A stretch of DNA of 64,000 nucleotides. It comes from an uncultured Phycisphaerales bacterium. Its GTDB lineage: Bacteria > Planctomycetota > Phycisphaerae > Tepidisphaerales > Tepidisphaeraceae. The stretch lies in contig CAVWVQ010000003.1 of the NCBI GenBank assembly GCA_963758525.1, positions 1,536,001 to 1,600,000 on the forward strand, written 5' to 3'. The notes beneath the pieces were generated by a model. The model searched no databases. It was given only the letters and a program-made list of their open reading frames with translations, and was not told the origin of the DNA. A program made the position numbers and the translations under genes. Below, piece after piece: positions 10,501-21,059 of this stretch (positions are counted from its first letter, which is position 1; each line of letters opens with the position of its first letter).

Positions 10501-10924
10501 CGAAATATTTCGCGTAGATGGATGCTTGGCCGTTTTCGAGGACGTCGTTCCACCACACGTTTTCATTGGTCGCGATGCCGACATGGTTGGGGACCATGTC
10601 GACGATATGTCCGAGTCCGTGCTGGCTGAGCGCGGCCAGGAAAGCATGGTAATCGGCCGTCGTGCCCAGTTCTGGATTCAACTGGCAATGATCGATGACA
10701 TCGTATCCGTGGGTGCTTCCCGGTGCTGCCTTGAGATAAGGCGAAGCGTAGACGTGGGTAATTCCCAGCTTCGAAAGATATGGAATGATCGCGGTCGCAT
10801 CGGCGAATTTGAAGCCCGCGTGAAACTGGAGCCGGTAGGTTGATTCCGGAAGGACACGGGTGGATCGCGCTCGCTCGACCGCGGCGCGGAGCAGCTCATC
10901 AATGTTCTTTGGGTCTGGCATCAT
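7571..10924 (-). CDS. treY: malto-oligosyltrehalose synthase with in-frame repeat-derived insertions
   Basis: STYRLQ, GSTHGYDV, DMVPNH, INYRRFFDVN, GLRIDHPDGL, AEKIL, AKGVEDTAFY, STHDTKRSED, SLVDPDNRRPVD. Confidence 0.96.
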   Translation of the reverse strand: MMPDPKNIDELLRAAVERARSTRVLPESTYRLQFHAGFKFADATAIIPYLSKLGITHVYASPYLKAAPGSTHGYDVIDHCQLNPELGTTADYHAFLAALSQHGLGHIVDMVPNHVGIATNENVWWNDVLENGQASIYAKYFDINWEGSPQTDLKGRVLLATLGSTYGDELEQGNLRLLFDNAAFVAAYHDRRFPLSPRTWPRILGGDVGSINVSESALAEFRSIVHACEQLPDRCEGSAGAVERHRAKEELKRRLSKLTAENEAIRSFMAKNVDAFNGTPGVPRSFDQLDDLLRHQCFRLASWKTAPDEINYRRFFDVNDLAALAMERLEVFEATHGFILGLLAKHHIAGLRIDHPDGLYDPRTYFRRLQTHYLLAVAREIAAASIPLSPAAGTAAFRSEAQARRGEGRDEGSVALDGGLAPDAHSAIATRPYPNPPPEYQGRGQDDSPNVPRLLDSQWNELEPLLLDRINLLVGESSHTEEAPPLPSSPGIPGEDRGGGRVRTGTPLPTSAPTRALPPSTMAEEKSASFLDADNTPDLYILAEKILALDESIPDTWPIHGTSGYDFLNMTNGLFVDADSAGAFDQLYREWTGIDAACADLVYEKKKLILEISLASEVNMLAAELKRIAERSRYGIDFSFHGLSAALKEVVACFPVYRSYIDDRGASAADIRYIEQATASAVARNPKTAPAVFHFIRDTLLLQPGENVSDDRLKHARHFAGKFQQLTSPVMAKGVEDTAFYVYNRLLSLNEVGGEPSRFGVSPQQLHEFFTERQHRWPHSMSTLSTHDTKRSEDVRARLNVLSEMPEEWHSRLRRWGGLNARHRATLEGVQVPDRNEEYALYQTLLGAWPADSRELGSFKERVQACMLKSMREAKVFTSWIDPNLKREAAVNSFIETILDESRSGEFLADFRSFQKTVSENGVINSLSQTLIKLTAPGVPDTYQGNELLDFSLVDPDNRRPVDFARRQRVVKELYHSQAEPPDVKHLAQSDPGRLKLHVHRTALELRKQYGNLFTVGEYLPLQVSGTMSAHLFAFARSDGERVAIIAVPRLVSGLGGTSDKSGAESPWGDTFLELPAIAMRRAFRNALTNAPVQWSEQVLLAANLFKDCPVALLIAE
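9361..9468. repeat. inverted doublet of the CCCTCTCCC/GGGAGAGGG palindromic repeat family, inside treY
   Basis: GGTACTCGGTGGGAGGGCTCGGGTGGGGGC faces GCCCCCACCTCGATCCTCCCCCGGAATACCAGGGGAGG. It resembles the intergenic copy at 49938-49981. Confidence 0.75.
9591..9762. repeat. second inverted doublet of the same family inside treY, with a nested short hairpin
   Basis: TGTCCCCTCCCCTGGTACTCCGGGGGAGGGTTAGGGTAGGGG ... GCCCTCATCCCTGCCCTCCCCT[CTTCGAGCCTGAGCCTCAGAGCGGAAG]GCCGCAGTACCTGCGGCGGGAG. Confidence 0.75.
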
Positions 10925-11078
10925 CTCTCGTCCCGTGAAATGTTCCGAGCGTTGCGGGCGGCATGTTCACCCTCGCCCGGTACTGCGCCGAAAATACGGA
11001 CGAGAGAAAAAGAATGGCCACAAAAACACAAAAAACACAAAGGAAATGCGGGATGTTCGCTTAGACTCGCGCATCGAC

Positions 11079-11118
11079 TCCACCTGAACCCTCCCCTGCT
11101 ACTCCGAGGGAGGGGACA
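11079..11118. repeat. intergenic copy of the CCCTCTCCC palindromic repeat family
   Basis: The reverse complement TGTCCCCTCCCTCGGAGTAGCAGGGGAGGGTTCAGGTGG resembles 9591-9630. Confidence 0.65.
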
Positions 11119-11153
11119 GGCGAACCGCTCAATGGCACGGGTGCAGCGTGCCG

Positions 11154-13175
11154 TCATTTTTTGCCCTCGGCCGTGCTCTTTTCTTTCTTCTTGGCTTCCT
11201 GCGCGGACCCGGCAGCCTTGATTCGGGTGGAGATTTTTCCTTCGTTTTCGTCGACAGGCTTCAGGACAACAGTGCAGCGGCCGGGGATGTGCCAGCCTTC
11301 CTGCTCGGTGTCGAGCGGCGCGGTACCGGAGCCGCCGTATTCGGGGTCTTCCGTCGAGAGCACCTTTTGCCATCGTTTTCCGCGCGGCGGAGCGAGCAGA
11401 GGTTCTGGCGCGACCAACAAGGGAAGGTCGCGCTCGAGGTTGGTGACCACCAGCCAGTCGTTACCATCGTGCGCGAAGTAGCGGAGGAGCAATGCTCCCG
11501 GCCCAAGCACGGCGCCATCGATATCGCCGCGCTTTTGCACGCGACGAAACACTTCCTCGGATCTGCGCAGCTTCAGCAGATCCTTGTGCAACTGGTAGAC
11601 TTCCGCATGCATCGGCTTGTGCCGCTCCGACAGATCCAGCTTGCAGCGGAGGAACGTCTGCTCGTCGCTGGGATCGTGGAGACATGCCTGCATCTCCGTC
11701 GACGCCACGCTTGGAAACGCGCTGAGTTCCCTGGCACGGCCGGCGCAAATCAATTTGGACAGCTCGGGATTGTGATCGGCGAAGTAGAGAAACGGGCTGG
11801 ATGCCGCAAACTCCTGCCCCTGAAATAACATTGGCGTCTGCGGCATCAGCAGCCACAGGGCGGTCATTGCCTTCATTTGTCCAGGGGACGAGATCTGATG
11901 AACGCGATAACCCCGGCCGCTGTTGGCGACCTGGTCGTGATTCTGCAGGAAGTGTACGAACGCCGTCGGCGGCAAGTCGAGCGCGGGCGATCCGCGCCGA
12001 CGCTTTTGGAACGCGTACCGCTGGCCCTGGTAGAGGTAACCCCACTTGGCCGCGGAAATAAATTCCTGGGCCGTCCCAGGATGATCCATGTAATAGGCCT
12101 CAGAGTGACCCGACAGGGCAACCAGCGCACTGTGGTGAAAATCGTCATTCCACAGCGAGTCCATTCCATATCCCCCGGCCTCGGCAGATCGTACCAGGCG
12201 GGTGTGCTGCGGCTCATTCTCGTTGGTGATATAGAGGGATCGCCCCCCCGCGGCTTTGCGCACCGCCCGGTTGATTTCAGCAAGAATATGCTCGGGCGAA
12301 GTGTCGACAATCGCCTGCGTGGCGTCGAAGCGAAATCCATCGAGGTGAAACTCGGTGATCCAGTAGACCGCGTTGGTGACAAAAAATTCGCGAACGGGCT
12401 TGTCGTCGTGCCCGTCATAGTTGATCGCTTCACCCCAGTCGGTCTGATGTTCGGCGTTGAAATAGTTCTCGGCAAACTCGCGAAGGTAGTTCCCGTCGGG
12501 CCCGAAATGGTTGTAGACCAGATCGAGAATCACACCCAGACCCACTGCATGAGCGCGATCGACGAATCGCCGAAAATCATCCGGCGAGCCATATTGATGG
12601 AACGGGGCAAACAGATCGACGCCGTCGTAGCCCCATCCATACCTGCCGACGAATTCGTTCACCGGCATCACCTCCAGGCAGGTGATCCCCGCACTGTGAA
12701 GCTCCTCCAGTTCCCGGGCGGCGGCTTCCCAGGTTCCTTCCTGAGTGAAGGTGCCAATGTGCATTTCATACAAAACCTGCCCATGTGCGGGAACGCCCTT
12801 CCAGCTCTCGTCCGTCCAGCGAAACGCGGAGGGATCAATCACCCGAGACGGCCCGTGCGGGCCTTGCGGCTGGAATCGAGAGATGGGATCGGGAAACAGC
12901 GCCTTATTACCATCCAGGCGAAACCGGTAGAGCGTCCCGGCGTGGGCGTCGGGCGAGAAGCCGGAAAAGTAGCCATCCTTGTCTCGCTGAAGCTCGAGTG
13001 AGGCTTTGGCCGGGCCTTCGAGGACCACTTCCACCTTTGAACGTTTTGGCGACCAGACCCGGAAGTGGGTGCCGCTGGCGCCTTGCGGTTCGGCGCCCAC
13101 GGGCAGCCGACGGCGCGGCTGAGAAGTTCCTTCCACGCTGGCGGGTCGAGTTTCAGTAGCTCCGCGCGATGTCAC
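11154..13175 (-). CDS. treZ: malto-oligosyltrehalose trehalohydrolase
   Basis: FRVWSP, PDPxSRFQPQGPHGPS, YEMHIGTFT, WGYDGV, DLVYNHFGPDGNYL, GFRFDAT, WNDDFHH, FLQNHDQVAN, PMLFQGQE. Confidence 0.95.
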   Translation of the reverse strand: MTSRGATETRPASVEGTSQPRRRLPVGAEPQGASGTHFRVWSPKRSKVEVVLEGPAKASLELQRDKDGYFSGFSPDAHAGTLYRFRLDGNKALFPDPISRFQPQGPHGPSRVIDPSAFRWTDESWKGVPAHGQVLYEMHIGTFTQEGTWEAAARELEELHSAGITCLEVMPVNEFVGRYGWGYDGVDLFAPFHQYGSPDDFRRFVDRAHAVGLGVILDLVYNHFGPDGNYLREFAENYFNAEHQTDWGEAINYDGHDDKPVREFFVTNAVYWITEFHLDGFRFDATQAIVDTSPEHILAEINRAVRKAAGGRSLYITNENEPQHTRLVRSAEAGGYGMDSLWNDDFHHSALVALSGHSEAYYMDHPGTAQEFISAAKWGYLYQGQRYAFQKRRRGSPALDLPPTAFVHFLQNHDQVANSGRGYRVHQISSPGQMKAMTALWLLMPQTPMLFQGQEFAASSPFLYFADHNPELSKLICAGRARELSAFPSVASTEMQACLHDPSDEQTFLRCKLDLSERHKPMHAEVYQLHKDLLKLRRSEEVFRRVQKRGDIDGAVLGPGALLLRYFAHDGNDWLVVTNLERDLPLLVAPEPLLAPPRGKRWQKVLSTEDPEYGGSGTAPLDTEQEGWHIPGRCTVVLKPVDENEGKISTRIKAAGSAQEAKKKEKSTAEGKK

Positions 13176-13189
13176 GTCTTTCTCCTACT

Positions 13190-15421
13190 CTATGGAACCA
13201 GCGGCTCCTTGTGAGGCGCCGTCGGCGACGGCACGGGACGATTCGCTTCATGCCGGAGGGTATCGATCTGCGTGGACGACATCGTATCGGTCGCTTCTTC
13301 CGGACGGACGGTTCTGAGCAGCGCGACCGATCTCCCATAGAGAGGGAACTTCGTGCCGCCCTGCCGGATCTTCTCGATCGGCGGCCGATCGGGCTCGGCA
13401 GTATCGATGAGTGTCTGCCAGACATCGCCGCCAGTGGTTTCGGGAAGCTTGAAATCCAATTGCTCCCAATGGGCGTTAAGCAGAAGCAGGAGGGTATCGC
13501 CCTTGATTGGGTTCCCTTTTTCGTCCACGTCGATGAGCATGTCGCCCGCCAGACGCACACCCAGGGATTGAACGAACGGCGCCGACCAATGCTCATCGCT
13601 CATCTCGCCGCCGCCCGGCTCGAAGAAGGAGATGTCCTTGATTCCCTCCCCGCGAATCGCCCTGCCGAGGAAAAACTTTCGCCTCTGCAGCGTCGGCTGC
13701 TCCGCCCAGATGCACGTGCATCGGCACACAAAATCGAAGAACGCCTTCTGCCGATCGTCGAGCTTCCAGTTGAGCCACGTCAGCTCATTATCCTGGCAAA
13801 ACGTGTTGTTATTCCCTTTTTTAGTGTGACTCAGCTCGTCGCCGCCGAGGATCATCGGGACGCCTTGCGAAAACATCAGGGTCGCGATCAGATTTCGCTT
13901 CTGCCGCTCCCGCAGGGCGATAATACCCGGATCATCCGTCGGCCCTTCGACTCCGCAGTTCCATGAGTCGTTGGAGTCGGAGCCGTCGCGGTTGTCTTCG
14001 CCGTTGGCCTCGTTGTGCTTCTTCTCATAGCTGACGAGATCCTGCAGCGAAAATCCGTCGTGCGCGGTGAGGAAATTGATGCTCGCATACGGCTTTCGTC
14101 CGTTGGCCTCATAGAGGTCGCTGCTGCCGGCCAGGCGTGTCGCCAGATCGCGGACGAGGCCGCCATCTCCTTTCCAGAATCGGCGGACGTTGTCGCGATA
14201 CAAGCCGTTCCATTCGGTCCAGAGCACCGGAAAATTTCCCACCTGATACCCGCCGGGCCCGACATCCCATGGCTCGGCGATGAGCTTTACCTGCGACAGA
14301 ATCGGATCCTGATGGATGATGTCGAGGAACGCGCTGAGCTTGTTCACCCCGTGCAATTCGCGGGCGAGCGTCGACGCAAGATCGAAGCGGAAGCCGTCCA
14401 CGTGCATTTCGAGCACCCAATAGCGCAGGCTGTCCATGATCAATTGCAACACGCGCGGCTGGATCATGTTCAGCGTGTTGCCGCAACCGGTGAAATCCAT
14501 GTTGTATCGCGCGGACTCAGGGGAAAGCCGGTAATAGTTGAAGTTGTCGATTCCGCGGAAAGAGAGGGTTGGCCCCAGGTGATTCCCTTCGCAGGTGTGG
14601 TTGTAGACCACGTCGAGGATCACTTCGATACCGGCCGCGTGCAACGTGCGGACCATGGTCTTGAACTCGCGGACCGATTCGTGCGCGGTGATGCGCGAAG
14701 AGTATTCGCGGTGCGGAGCAAAGTAGTTCAGGGTGTTATAGCCCCAGTAGTTGGTGAGGTTCTTCTCCAGGAGGTTCCGGTCGTCCATATGGGCATGGAC
14801 TGGCAGCAGCTCAATCGCGGTGACGCCCAATTTCTTTAGGTGCGCGATCACCGGCTCCGACATCACCCCGCTGTAAGTGCCGCGGCGATCCTCCTCCACC
14901 TCCGGATGGAGCATGCTCAGCCCCTTCACGTGGGCCTCGTAAATCAACGTTTTGTGCCAGGGGGTATTGGGACGCCGATCGTCGCCCCACGTGAACGCCG
15001 TGTCGATCGTGGCCCCCAGCGGGCAAAACGCGGCATCGTCCCGGTCGTCAAAGGTCAGATCATCCGTCCCGACTTTGTATCCAAAGAGCGAGTCATCCCA
15101 CTTGGCAGACCGACCAATGGCCTTCGCATAGGGGTCGAGCAGGACCTTATTGTGGTTGAAACGATGGCCCTTCTCCGGCTCGTAGGGGCCGTGGACGCGG
15201 TAGCCGTACAGTTGTCCGGGGTCGACCGACGGGAGATAACCGTGCCAGATCATGTCGGTTTGTTCCGGCAACACGATGCTTTGGCTGTGCTGCGTCGCTT
15301 CCGCGTTGTCAAACAAACATAGTTCGACTTTGGTCGCATGCTCCGAAAAAAGGGCAAAGTTGACCCCGGCACCGTCGAAGGTCGCGCCCAGAGGATATGG
15401 TCGGCCAGGGAGTACTTTCAT
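13190..15421 (-). CDS. glgX: glycogen debranching enzyme
   Basis: [62 protein letters not shown]. Start taken at MKVLPG. Confidence 0.96.
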   Translation of the reverse strand: MKVLPGRPYPLGATFDGAGVNFALFSEHATKVELCLFDNAEATQHSQSIVLPEQTDMIWHGYLPSVDPGQLYGYRVHGPYEPEKGHRFNHNKVLLDPYAKAIGRSAKWDDSLFGYKVGTDDLTFDDRDDAAFCPLGATIDTAFTWGDDRRPNTPWHKTLIYEAHVKGLSMLHPEVEEDRRGTYSGVMSEPVIAHLKKLGVTAIELLPVHAHMDDRNLLEKNLTNYWGYNTLNYFAPHREYSSRITAHESVREFKTMVRTLHAAGIEVILDVVYNHTCEGNHLGPTLSFRGIDNFNYYRLSPESARYNMDFTGCGNTLNMIQPRVLQLIMDSLRYWVLEMHVDGFRFDLASTLARELHGVNKLSAFLDIIHQDPILSQVKLIAEPWDVGPGGYQVGNFPVLWTEWNGLYRDNVRRFWKGDGGLVRDLATRLAGSSDLYEANGRKPYASINFLTAHDGFSLQDLVSYEKKHNEANGEDNRDGSDSNDSWNCGVEGPTDDPGIIALRERQKRNLIATLMFSQGVPMILGGDELSHTKKGNNNTFCQDNELTWLNWKLDDRQKAFFDFVCRCTCIWAEQPTLQRRKFFLGRAIRGEGIKDISFFEPGGGEMSDEHWSAPFVQSLGVRLAGDMLIDVDEKGNPIKGDTLLLLLNAHWEQLDFKLPETTGGDVWQTLIDTAEPDRPPIEKIRQGGTKFPLYGRSVALLRTVRPEEATDTMSSTQIDTLRHEANRPVPSPTAPHKEPLVP

Positions 15422-15458
15422 GCAGAATTCCTTATTGCTGGCAGCTTGGGCCGAAAAC

Positions 15459-15507
15459 AGCGGCTCCGCGGAGAAAAGCCGCGGATGTACATCCGCGGGT
15501 ACGAGCG
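15459..15507. repeat. REP-like palindrome GTA(C/G)-CCGCGGATGTACATCCGCGG, copy 1
   Basis: Perfect 20-bp palindrome at 15479-15498. The reverse complement of this segment matches 43735-43783, including flanks. Confidence 0.8.
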
Positions 15508-15645
15508 TCAATCGCCAAATTGAACGAGAACTGCTCAAGTCGGACCTTAGCGGTTCACATTCGCGGTGACTGCGCACAAAAATCGTGCCTGCGCGAAGAT
15601 TTTTGGCGTTCCCCAAACCGCGCCACCAACGTTTATTGTGATCCG

Positions 15646-17679
15646 ATGATCAGTGGTTCAGCGGCCCCGGTAACTCGTCGATCCGATCGGCAGATGGGAA
15701 ATATGCCCCCAACTGGCCGCTGCCGTGCTGTGATCGAGAATATTGCGCCGTCAGTAGATGGTGGGCGCTTCGCCGCCAAGAGCTCGGTTGGCGAGACAGT
15801 CCGCGTTTTTGCCGACGCCTTTGCCGACGGGCATACGCAAATCCGCGTTGTCATTCAGCACCGGGCGGAGAACGCCGGTGAGTGGCGTCAGGTTGAAATG
15901 ACGCCGCTGCTCAATGACCGATGGGTCGGCGAGTTTGAGGTGTATGCGAGCGGAGTGCATGAGTTTTCGGTCGCTTCATGGGTCGACCATTTTGGCACCT
16001 GGCAGCGCGATCTGAAAAAGCGGATCACCGCCGACGAAGTGCAGGACATTGATCTGGCTGTCGGCGCGCAGCTCGTCAAGGAGGCGGCTGTTGCCTGCGA
16101 CGGCGAGGCCGCACGCCGCCTGCACGCGTTTGCCACTTTTTTGCTGTCTAACCGGCGAGGCGAGGCGATCGAAGCCGCAGTCGGCGCAGAACTCACGAAC
16201 CTCATGCGTGAACATGCACCGCGGCCTTTCGTCGCAGTGCAACCAGGATCAAAGATCGTCGTTGATCCTGTCCGCGGGCGATTCAGCAGTTGGTATGAAT
16301 TATTTCCCCGCTCAGCGTCGACAGATGCTTCGAAGCCGGGAACGTTGCAAGACGTGGAGAAACGGCTGGATGTCATTGGCGCGATGGGATTTGACGTGCT
16401 GTACCTTCCGCCGATCCATCCGATTGGAGATACCTTCCGCAAAGGCCGAAATAATTCCCCCGCAGCCAGGCCGGGCGACGTGGGGAGCCCCTGGGCGATC
16501 GGAGGAGCCGCAGGCGGGCACGACGCCATCGATCCGCGACTGGGCACGCTTGACGATTTCGATCTCCTGGTGAAGTCCGCTTCGCAGCGCGGCATGGATA
16601 TCGCGATGGATATCGCGTTCCAGTGTTCGCCCGACCACCCTTATGTGCGCGAGCATCCGGACTGGTTTCTGCACCGCCCGGACGGCACGATTCAATACGC
16701 GGAAAACCCGCCCAAGAAATATCAGGACATTTATCCGTTCGACTTCGAATGCGACGACTGGGTCGGGCTTTGGAATGAACTGCTTCGCGTCGTCCTCTTC
16801 TGGCACGGTCACGGCATCCGCACCTTCCGCGTCGATAATCCCCACACCAAGCCTTTCCCGTTTTGGGAATGGCTCATCGCGGAAGTGAAACGGCGCGACC
16901 CGGATGTCATCTTCCTTGCCGAGGCGTTTACCCGTCCCAAGGTCATGAATCGCCTCGCGAAGCTCGGGTTCACGCAGTCGTATACTTATTTCACCTGGCG
17001 GAACGATCCGTGGAACATCCGCAAGTATTACACCGAATTGACCACGCCGCCGATGGTCGATTTTTTCCGGCCCAACGCGTGGCCCAACACGCCTGATATT
17101 CTGCCGGAGTATCTGCAGTCCGGCGCGCGGGCCGCCTACATCGTGCGGGTGGTGCTGGCGGCGACGCTGTCGGCCTCCTACGGAGTTTACGGGCCGGTGT
17201 TTGAGCTGATGGAGGGCCGGCCGTTGAAGCCCGGCGGCGAAGAGTATCTCGACTCCGAAAAGTATGAGGCCCGCCATTGGGACCTGGACCGCCCCGATTC
17301 GCTGGCCGACCTGCTGGCTCGGTTGAACCGGATCCGTCGGGACAATGTCGCGCTGCAACACGATCGCGGCCTGGAGTTTCACGATCCGGACAATTCCTCC
17401 GTGGTCTGCTACAGCAAGGCGCACGGGGACAATGTGATTCTGGTCATGGTCAACACCGATCCGTTTCATACGCACTGGGCCAACATCAAACTCAATCTCA
17501 CCGCGTTGAATCTCACAGCCGGTCAGGCCTACCAGGTTCACGATCTGCTGACTGGCGCCCGCTATCGCTGGCAAGGCGAATGGGGAATCGTGAAGCTCGA
17601 GCCCGGCGTCAATCCGGCCCACGTCTTTGCCATTCGACGCTACGCCCGAACCGAACATGACTTCGACTATTTCACCTGA
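15646..17679 (+). CDS. glgE: alpha-1,4-glucan:maltose-1-phosphate maltosyltransferase
   Basis: [87 protein letters not shown]. The start codon is uncertain. Confidence 0.96.
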   Translation: MISGSAAPVTRRSDRQMGNMPPTGRCRAVIENIAPSVDGGRFAAKSSVGETVRVFADAFADGHTQIRVVIQHRAENAGEWRQVEMTPLLNDRWVGEFEVYASGVHEFSVASWVDHFGTWQRDLKKRITADEVQDIDLAVGAQLVKEAAVACDGEAARRLHAFATFLLSNRRGEAIEAAVGAELTNLMREHAPRPFVAVQPGSKIVVDPVRGRFSSWYELFPRSASTDASKPGTLQDVEKRLDVIGAMGFDVLYLPPIHPIGDTFRKGRNNSPAARPGDVGSPWAIGGAAGGHDAIDPRLGTLDDFDLLVKSASQRGMDIAMDIAFQCSPDHPYVREHPDWFLHRPDGTIQYAENPPKKYQDIYPFDFECDDWVGLWNELLRVVLFWHGHGIRTFRVDNPHTKPFPFWEWLIAEVKRRDPDVIFLAEAFTRPKVMNRLAKLGFTQSYTYFTWRNDPWNIRKYYTELTTPPMVDFFRPNAWPNTPDILPEYLQSGARAAYIVRVVLAATLSASYGVYGPVFELMEGRPLKPGGEEYLDSEKYEARHWDLDRPDSLADLLARLNRIRRDNVALQHDRGLEFHDPDNSSVVCYSKAHGDNVILVMVNTDPFHTHWANIKLNLTALNLTAGQAYQVHDLLTGARYRWQGEWGIVKLEPGVNPAHVFAIRRYARTEHDFDYFT

Positions 17680-17700
17680 ACCCGGCGATCGCGAGCACGC

Positions 17701-20700
17701 ATGACCGAGGCACCCTCACAACTGTTGGATCAACCGGCGGCCCCCGCGGTCGGCACCGTGCTCTGGTATCGCAACGCGATCATCTATCAGATGCACGTCC
17801 GCTCTTTCAGCGACAGCAACGGCGACGGAATCGGCGACTTTGCCGGGCTGATCTCGAAGCTCGACTACCTGCAGGATCTGGGTATCACCGCGATCTGGCT
17901 GCTTCCGTTTTATCCGTCGCCGCTCAAAGACGACGGGTACGACATCGCCGACTACACCACGGTCAACCCGATGTACGGCTCGATCGACGATGTGCGCCGT
18001 TTCATCGCCGAAGCCCATCGCCGGCAAATTCGCGTGATCACCGAACTGGTGATCAATCACACTTCCGACCAGCATCCATGGTTTCAACGCGCCCGGCGGG
18101 CCCCAAAGGGAAGTCCGGAGCGGGCCTTCTACGTCTGGAGCGACACTCCCGAAAAATATGCGGGCGTGCGGATCATTTTCAAGGATTTCGAGCCGAGCAA
18201 CTGGTCATTCGACCACGTGGCGGGGCAGTATTACTGGCACCGTTTTTTTAATCATCAACCAGATCTGAACTTCGATAACCCGGCAGTGCATGCCGCGGTG
18301 CTCGACGTCTGTGATTTCTGGATGGCGGCGGGGGTCGATGGCGTCCGGCTCGATGCGATTCCCTACCTGTATGAACGAGAGGGGACCAGTTGCGAAAATC
18401 TTGCCGAGACCCACGCGTATCTCCGCATGCTCCGCAAGCACGTCGACACGCATTGGCCTGGACGCGTGCTGCTGGCGGAAGCGAATCAATGGCCTGATGA
18501 GGCGTCGGCATACTTTGGCGCGGGCGACGGCGACGAATGCCACATGAACTTCCACTTTCCCCTCATGCCCCGGCTGTTCATGTCGCTGCGGATGGAAGAG
18601 CGCTATCCGATTATCGATATTCTCGAGCAAACACCCCCGATTCCCGCCACCGCCCAATGGGCGATGTTTCTGCGCAATCATGACGAGCTCACGCTGGAGA
18701 TGGTGACCGACGAGGAGCGCGACTACATGTGGCGCGTCTACGCGTCCGACCCCGCCGCCAGAATCAACCTCGGAATTCGCCGCCGGCTGGCTCCGCTCCT
18801 GGACAATAATCGGCGGAAAATCGAGTTGATGAACGCGCTGCTGTTCTCCATGCCGGGAACGCCCGTGATCTATTACGGCGACGAAATCGGCATGGGAGAC
18901 AACATCTTTCTTGGCGATCGCAATGGTGTGCGAACGCCGATGCAGTGGAGCTCCGATCGCAACGCGGGCTTCTCGCGGGCCAATCCGCAGCGGCTGTTTC
19001 TGCCGGTCGTGATCGATCCGGAATATCACTACGAAACGATCAACGTCGAAGCCCAATCGTCGAACTCTTCGTCATTGCTCTGGTGGATGAAACGCCTCAT
19101 CGCGTTGCGCAATCACCATCCGGTTTTTGGCGATGGCGAGATCAAGTTCCTGAACCCCTCCAACACGAAAGTCCTCGCCTTTATCCGGCGCAACGACCGG
19201 GAACATATTCTCGTGGTCGTGAATCTGTCGCGCTTTGCACAACCGGTGGACCTCGATTTGTCGGAATATCGCGGCGGAGTGCCCGTGGAGATGTTCGGAA
19301 ACGTTCACTTCCCGGCGGTGGGCGAAAGCGGTCATTATTCGCTTTCGGTCGGCTCGCACGCGTTCTACTGGTTCATGCTCAAGCGGGCTGAAAGCACGGT
19401 GGCCGACGCGGCGGCGCTGCCGCCCGCGAGCATCGACATCAGCGGAGAGCTCGGCCTCAACTCCGGCGCGCTGGACCGCGCGATCGAAGCGCGATTGCCA
19501 CTGCTGCTGCCGAAACGGCGGTGGTTTGTTTCAAAAGCCAAGTCCATTCGTGCCACCCGGATTGTCGGGCGTCTGCCGATTGCGCCGCAGAAGTCGATAT
19601 TCGTGATCAGCGTGGAGTTCGCGGAGGGCGAACCGGAAATCTACGCGCTGCCCCTGTCGATCCAGGCCGATGCATCTGCCAGCCTGGAGCCAAGCGCCTT
19701 CCTGCAGGTTATGGACGTGGCGCGCAAGCGATGGATCGTCGCCGATGGAATGGCTGATCTCGATTTGCGCGGCTGTTGCTGCGGATGGCGATGGAAGGAC
19801 GCGAGATTCTCAGTTCAGGTATTCGCCTGGCCGGGCGCCGGATCGGCACCAGTGCCATCCCGCTGCCCGATCTGGCGACGATTCCCGCAGTAATGCCGAA
19901 GGTCGAACAGAGCAACAGCAATGTGGTCTTCGGCGATCAATTGATCTTCAAGCTGTACCGCCGGCTCGGGGAGGGGATGAACCCGGAGCTGGAAATCGGT
20001 GAGCACCTCACCTCCAAAGCGCACTTCGCCAACACCGCGCCGCTGGCGGCAGCAATCGAGCTGCAGGGTGTCCGCGGCAGCATCACTCCCCAGACGCTCG
20101 GGCTGGTGCTGACCTTCGTCGCCAACCAGGGCGATGCCTGGCATACGTTTGTCGATCACGCACAGCGCGATTTCGAGGCGCTGGGCGCGCTGACCGCCGA
20201 GCAGATGAGCGCACTCTGCACGCCTGCGGATGGAGGATGCGCGGGCGATGGAACGGAAGTTCCGCCCGCCGTCCAATCCGTCATCGGCGCTCCGCTCGGA
20301 CTCGTGCGACTCCTGGGGCAGCGCACCGCCGAGATGCATGCGGCGCTGGCCGATGATCATCTCGATCCCGCCTTTGCGCCCGAGCCATACAGCGTCAACT
20401 ATCAGCGCCTTCTTTTCCAATCGATGCGAAACACGACGCGGTCGGCGATGCAGGCGCTGTCGCAACGTGTGTCAACCTTGACCGGTGAAGCGAGCGAAAT
20501 GGGCCGGTGGCTCCTGGCGAACGATCGCGCCGTCCTTGAGATGTTCCGCAAACTGACGAGCCTGCCGGTCGGCGTGCCGCGCATCCGCATTCACGGAGAT
20601 TATCACCTCGGCCAAGTTCTATGGACGGGCAAGGACTTCATCATCATCGATTTTGAAGGCGAACCGCTGCGCTCGGTGGGCGAGCGCCGGCTCAAGCGAT

Positions 20701-21059
20701 CGCCCATGCGCGACGTCGCAGGCATGGTCCGAAGCTTCGACTATGCCTCCTGGACGGCATTGCGTCTGCACCGAAAGCTGCTCCCCCCAGAAACCGGCAG
20801 CAGCGAACGCGATGTGCCCGGCGCCAAGCTCTGGTCCGGGTGGCTGAGCCGCGAATTTGTCCGCGCCTATACCGTCCGGCTGCGCGAGCTGCGCGAGGAT
20901 CTGGTCTGGGAGAATCTGGCCGAGACGGAACTGGTGCTGCGATGCTGGGTGCTGGAAAAAGCGCTCTACGAGGTGAGCTACGAGCTCAATTCACGACCAG
21001 ATTGGGTGGAGATTCCATTGCGGGCAATTGTGGACATCATTAAGGATGGAAAGCCATGA
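17701..21059 (+). CDS. treS: trehalose synthase / maltokinase fusion (frameshift near 19764, probably a sequencing error)
   Basis: TreS motifs DSNGDGIGDF, TELVINHTSDQHPWF, RLDAIPYL, FLRNHDELTLE, GIRRRLAPL. Second frame carries Mak motifs EQSNS, NPELEIG, RIHGDYHLGQVL, IDFEGEP, RDVAGMVRSFDY, EKALYEVxYE. Confidence 0.93.
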
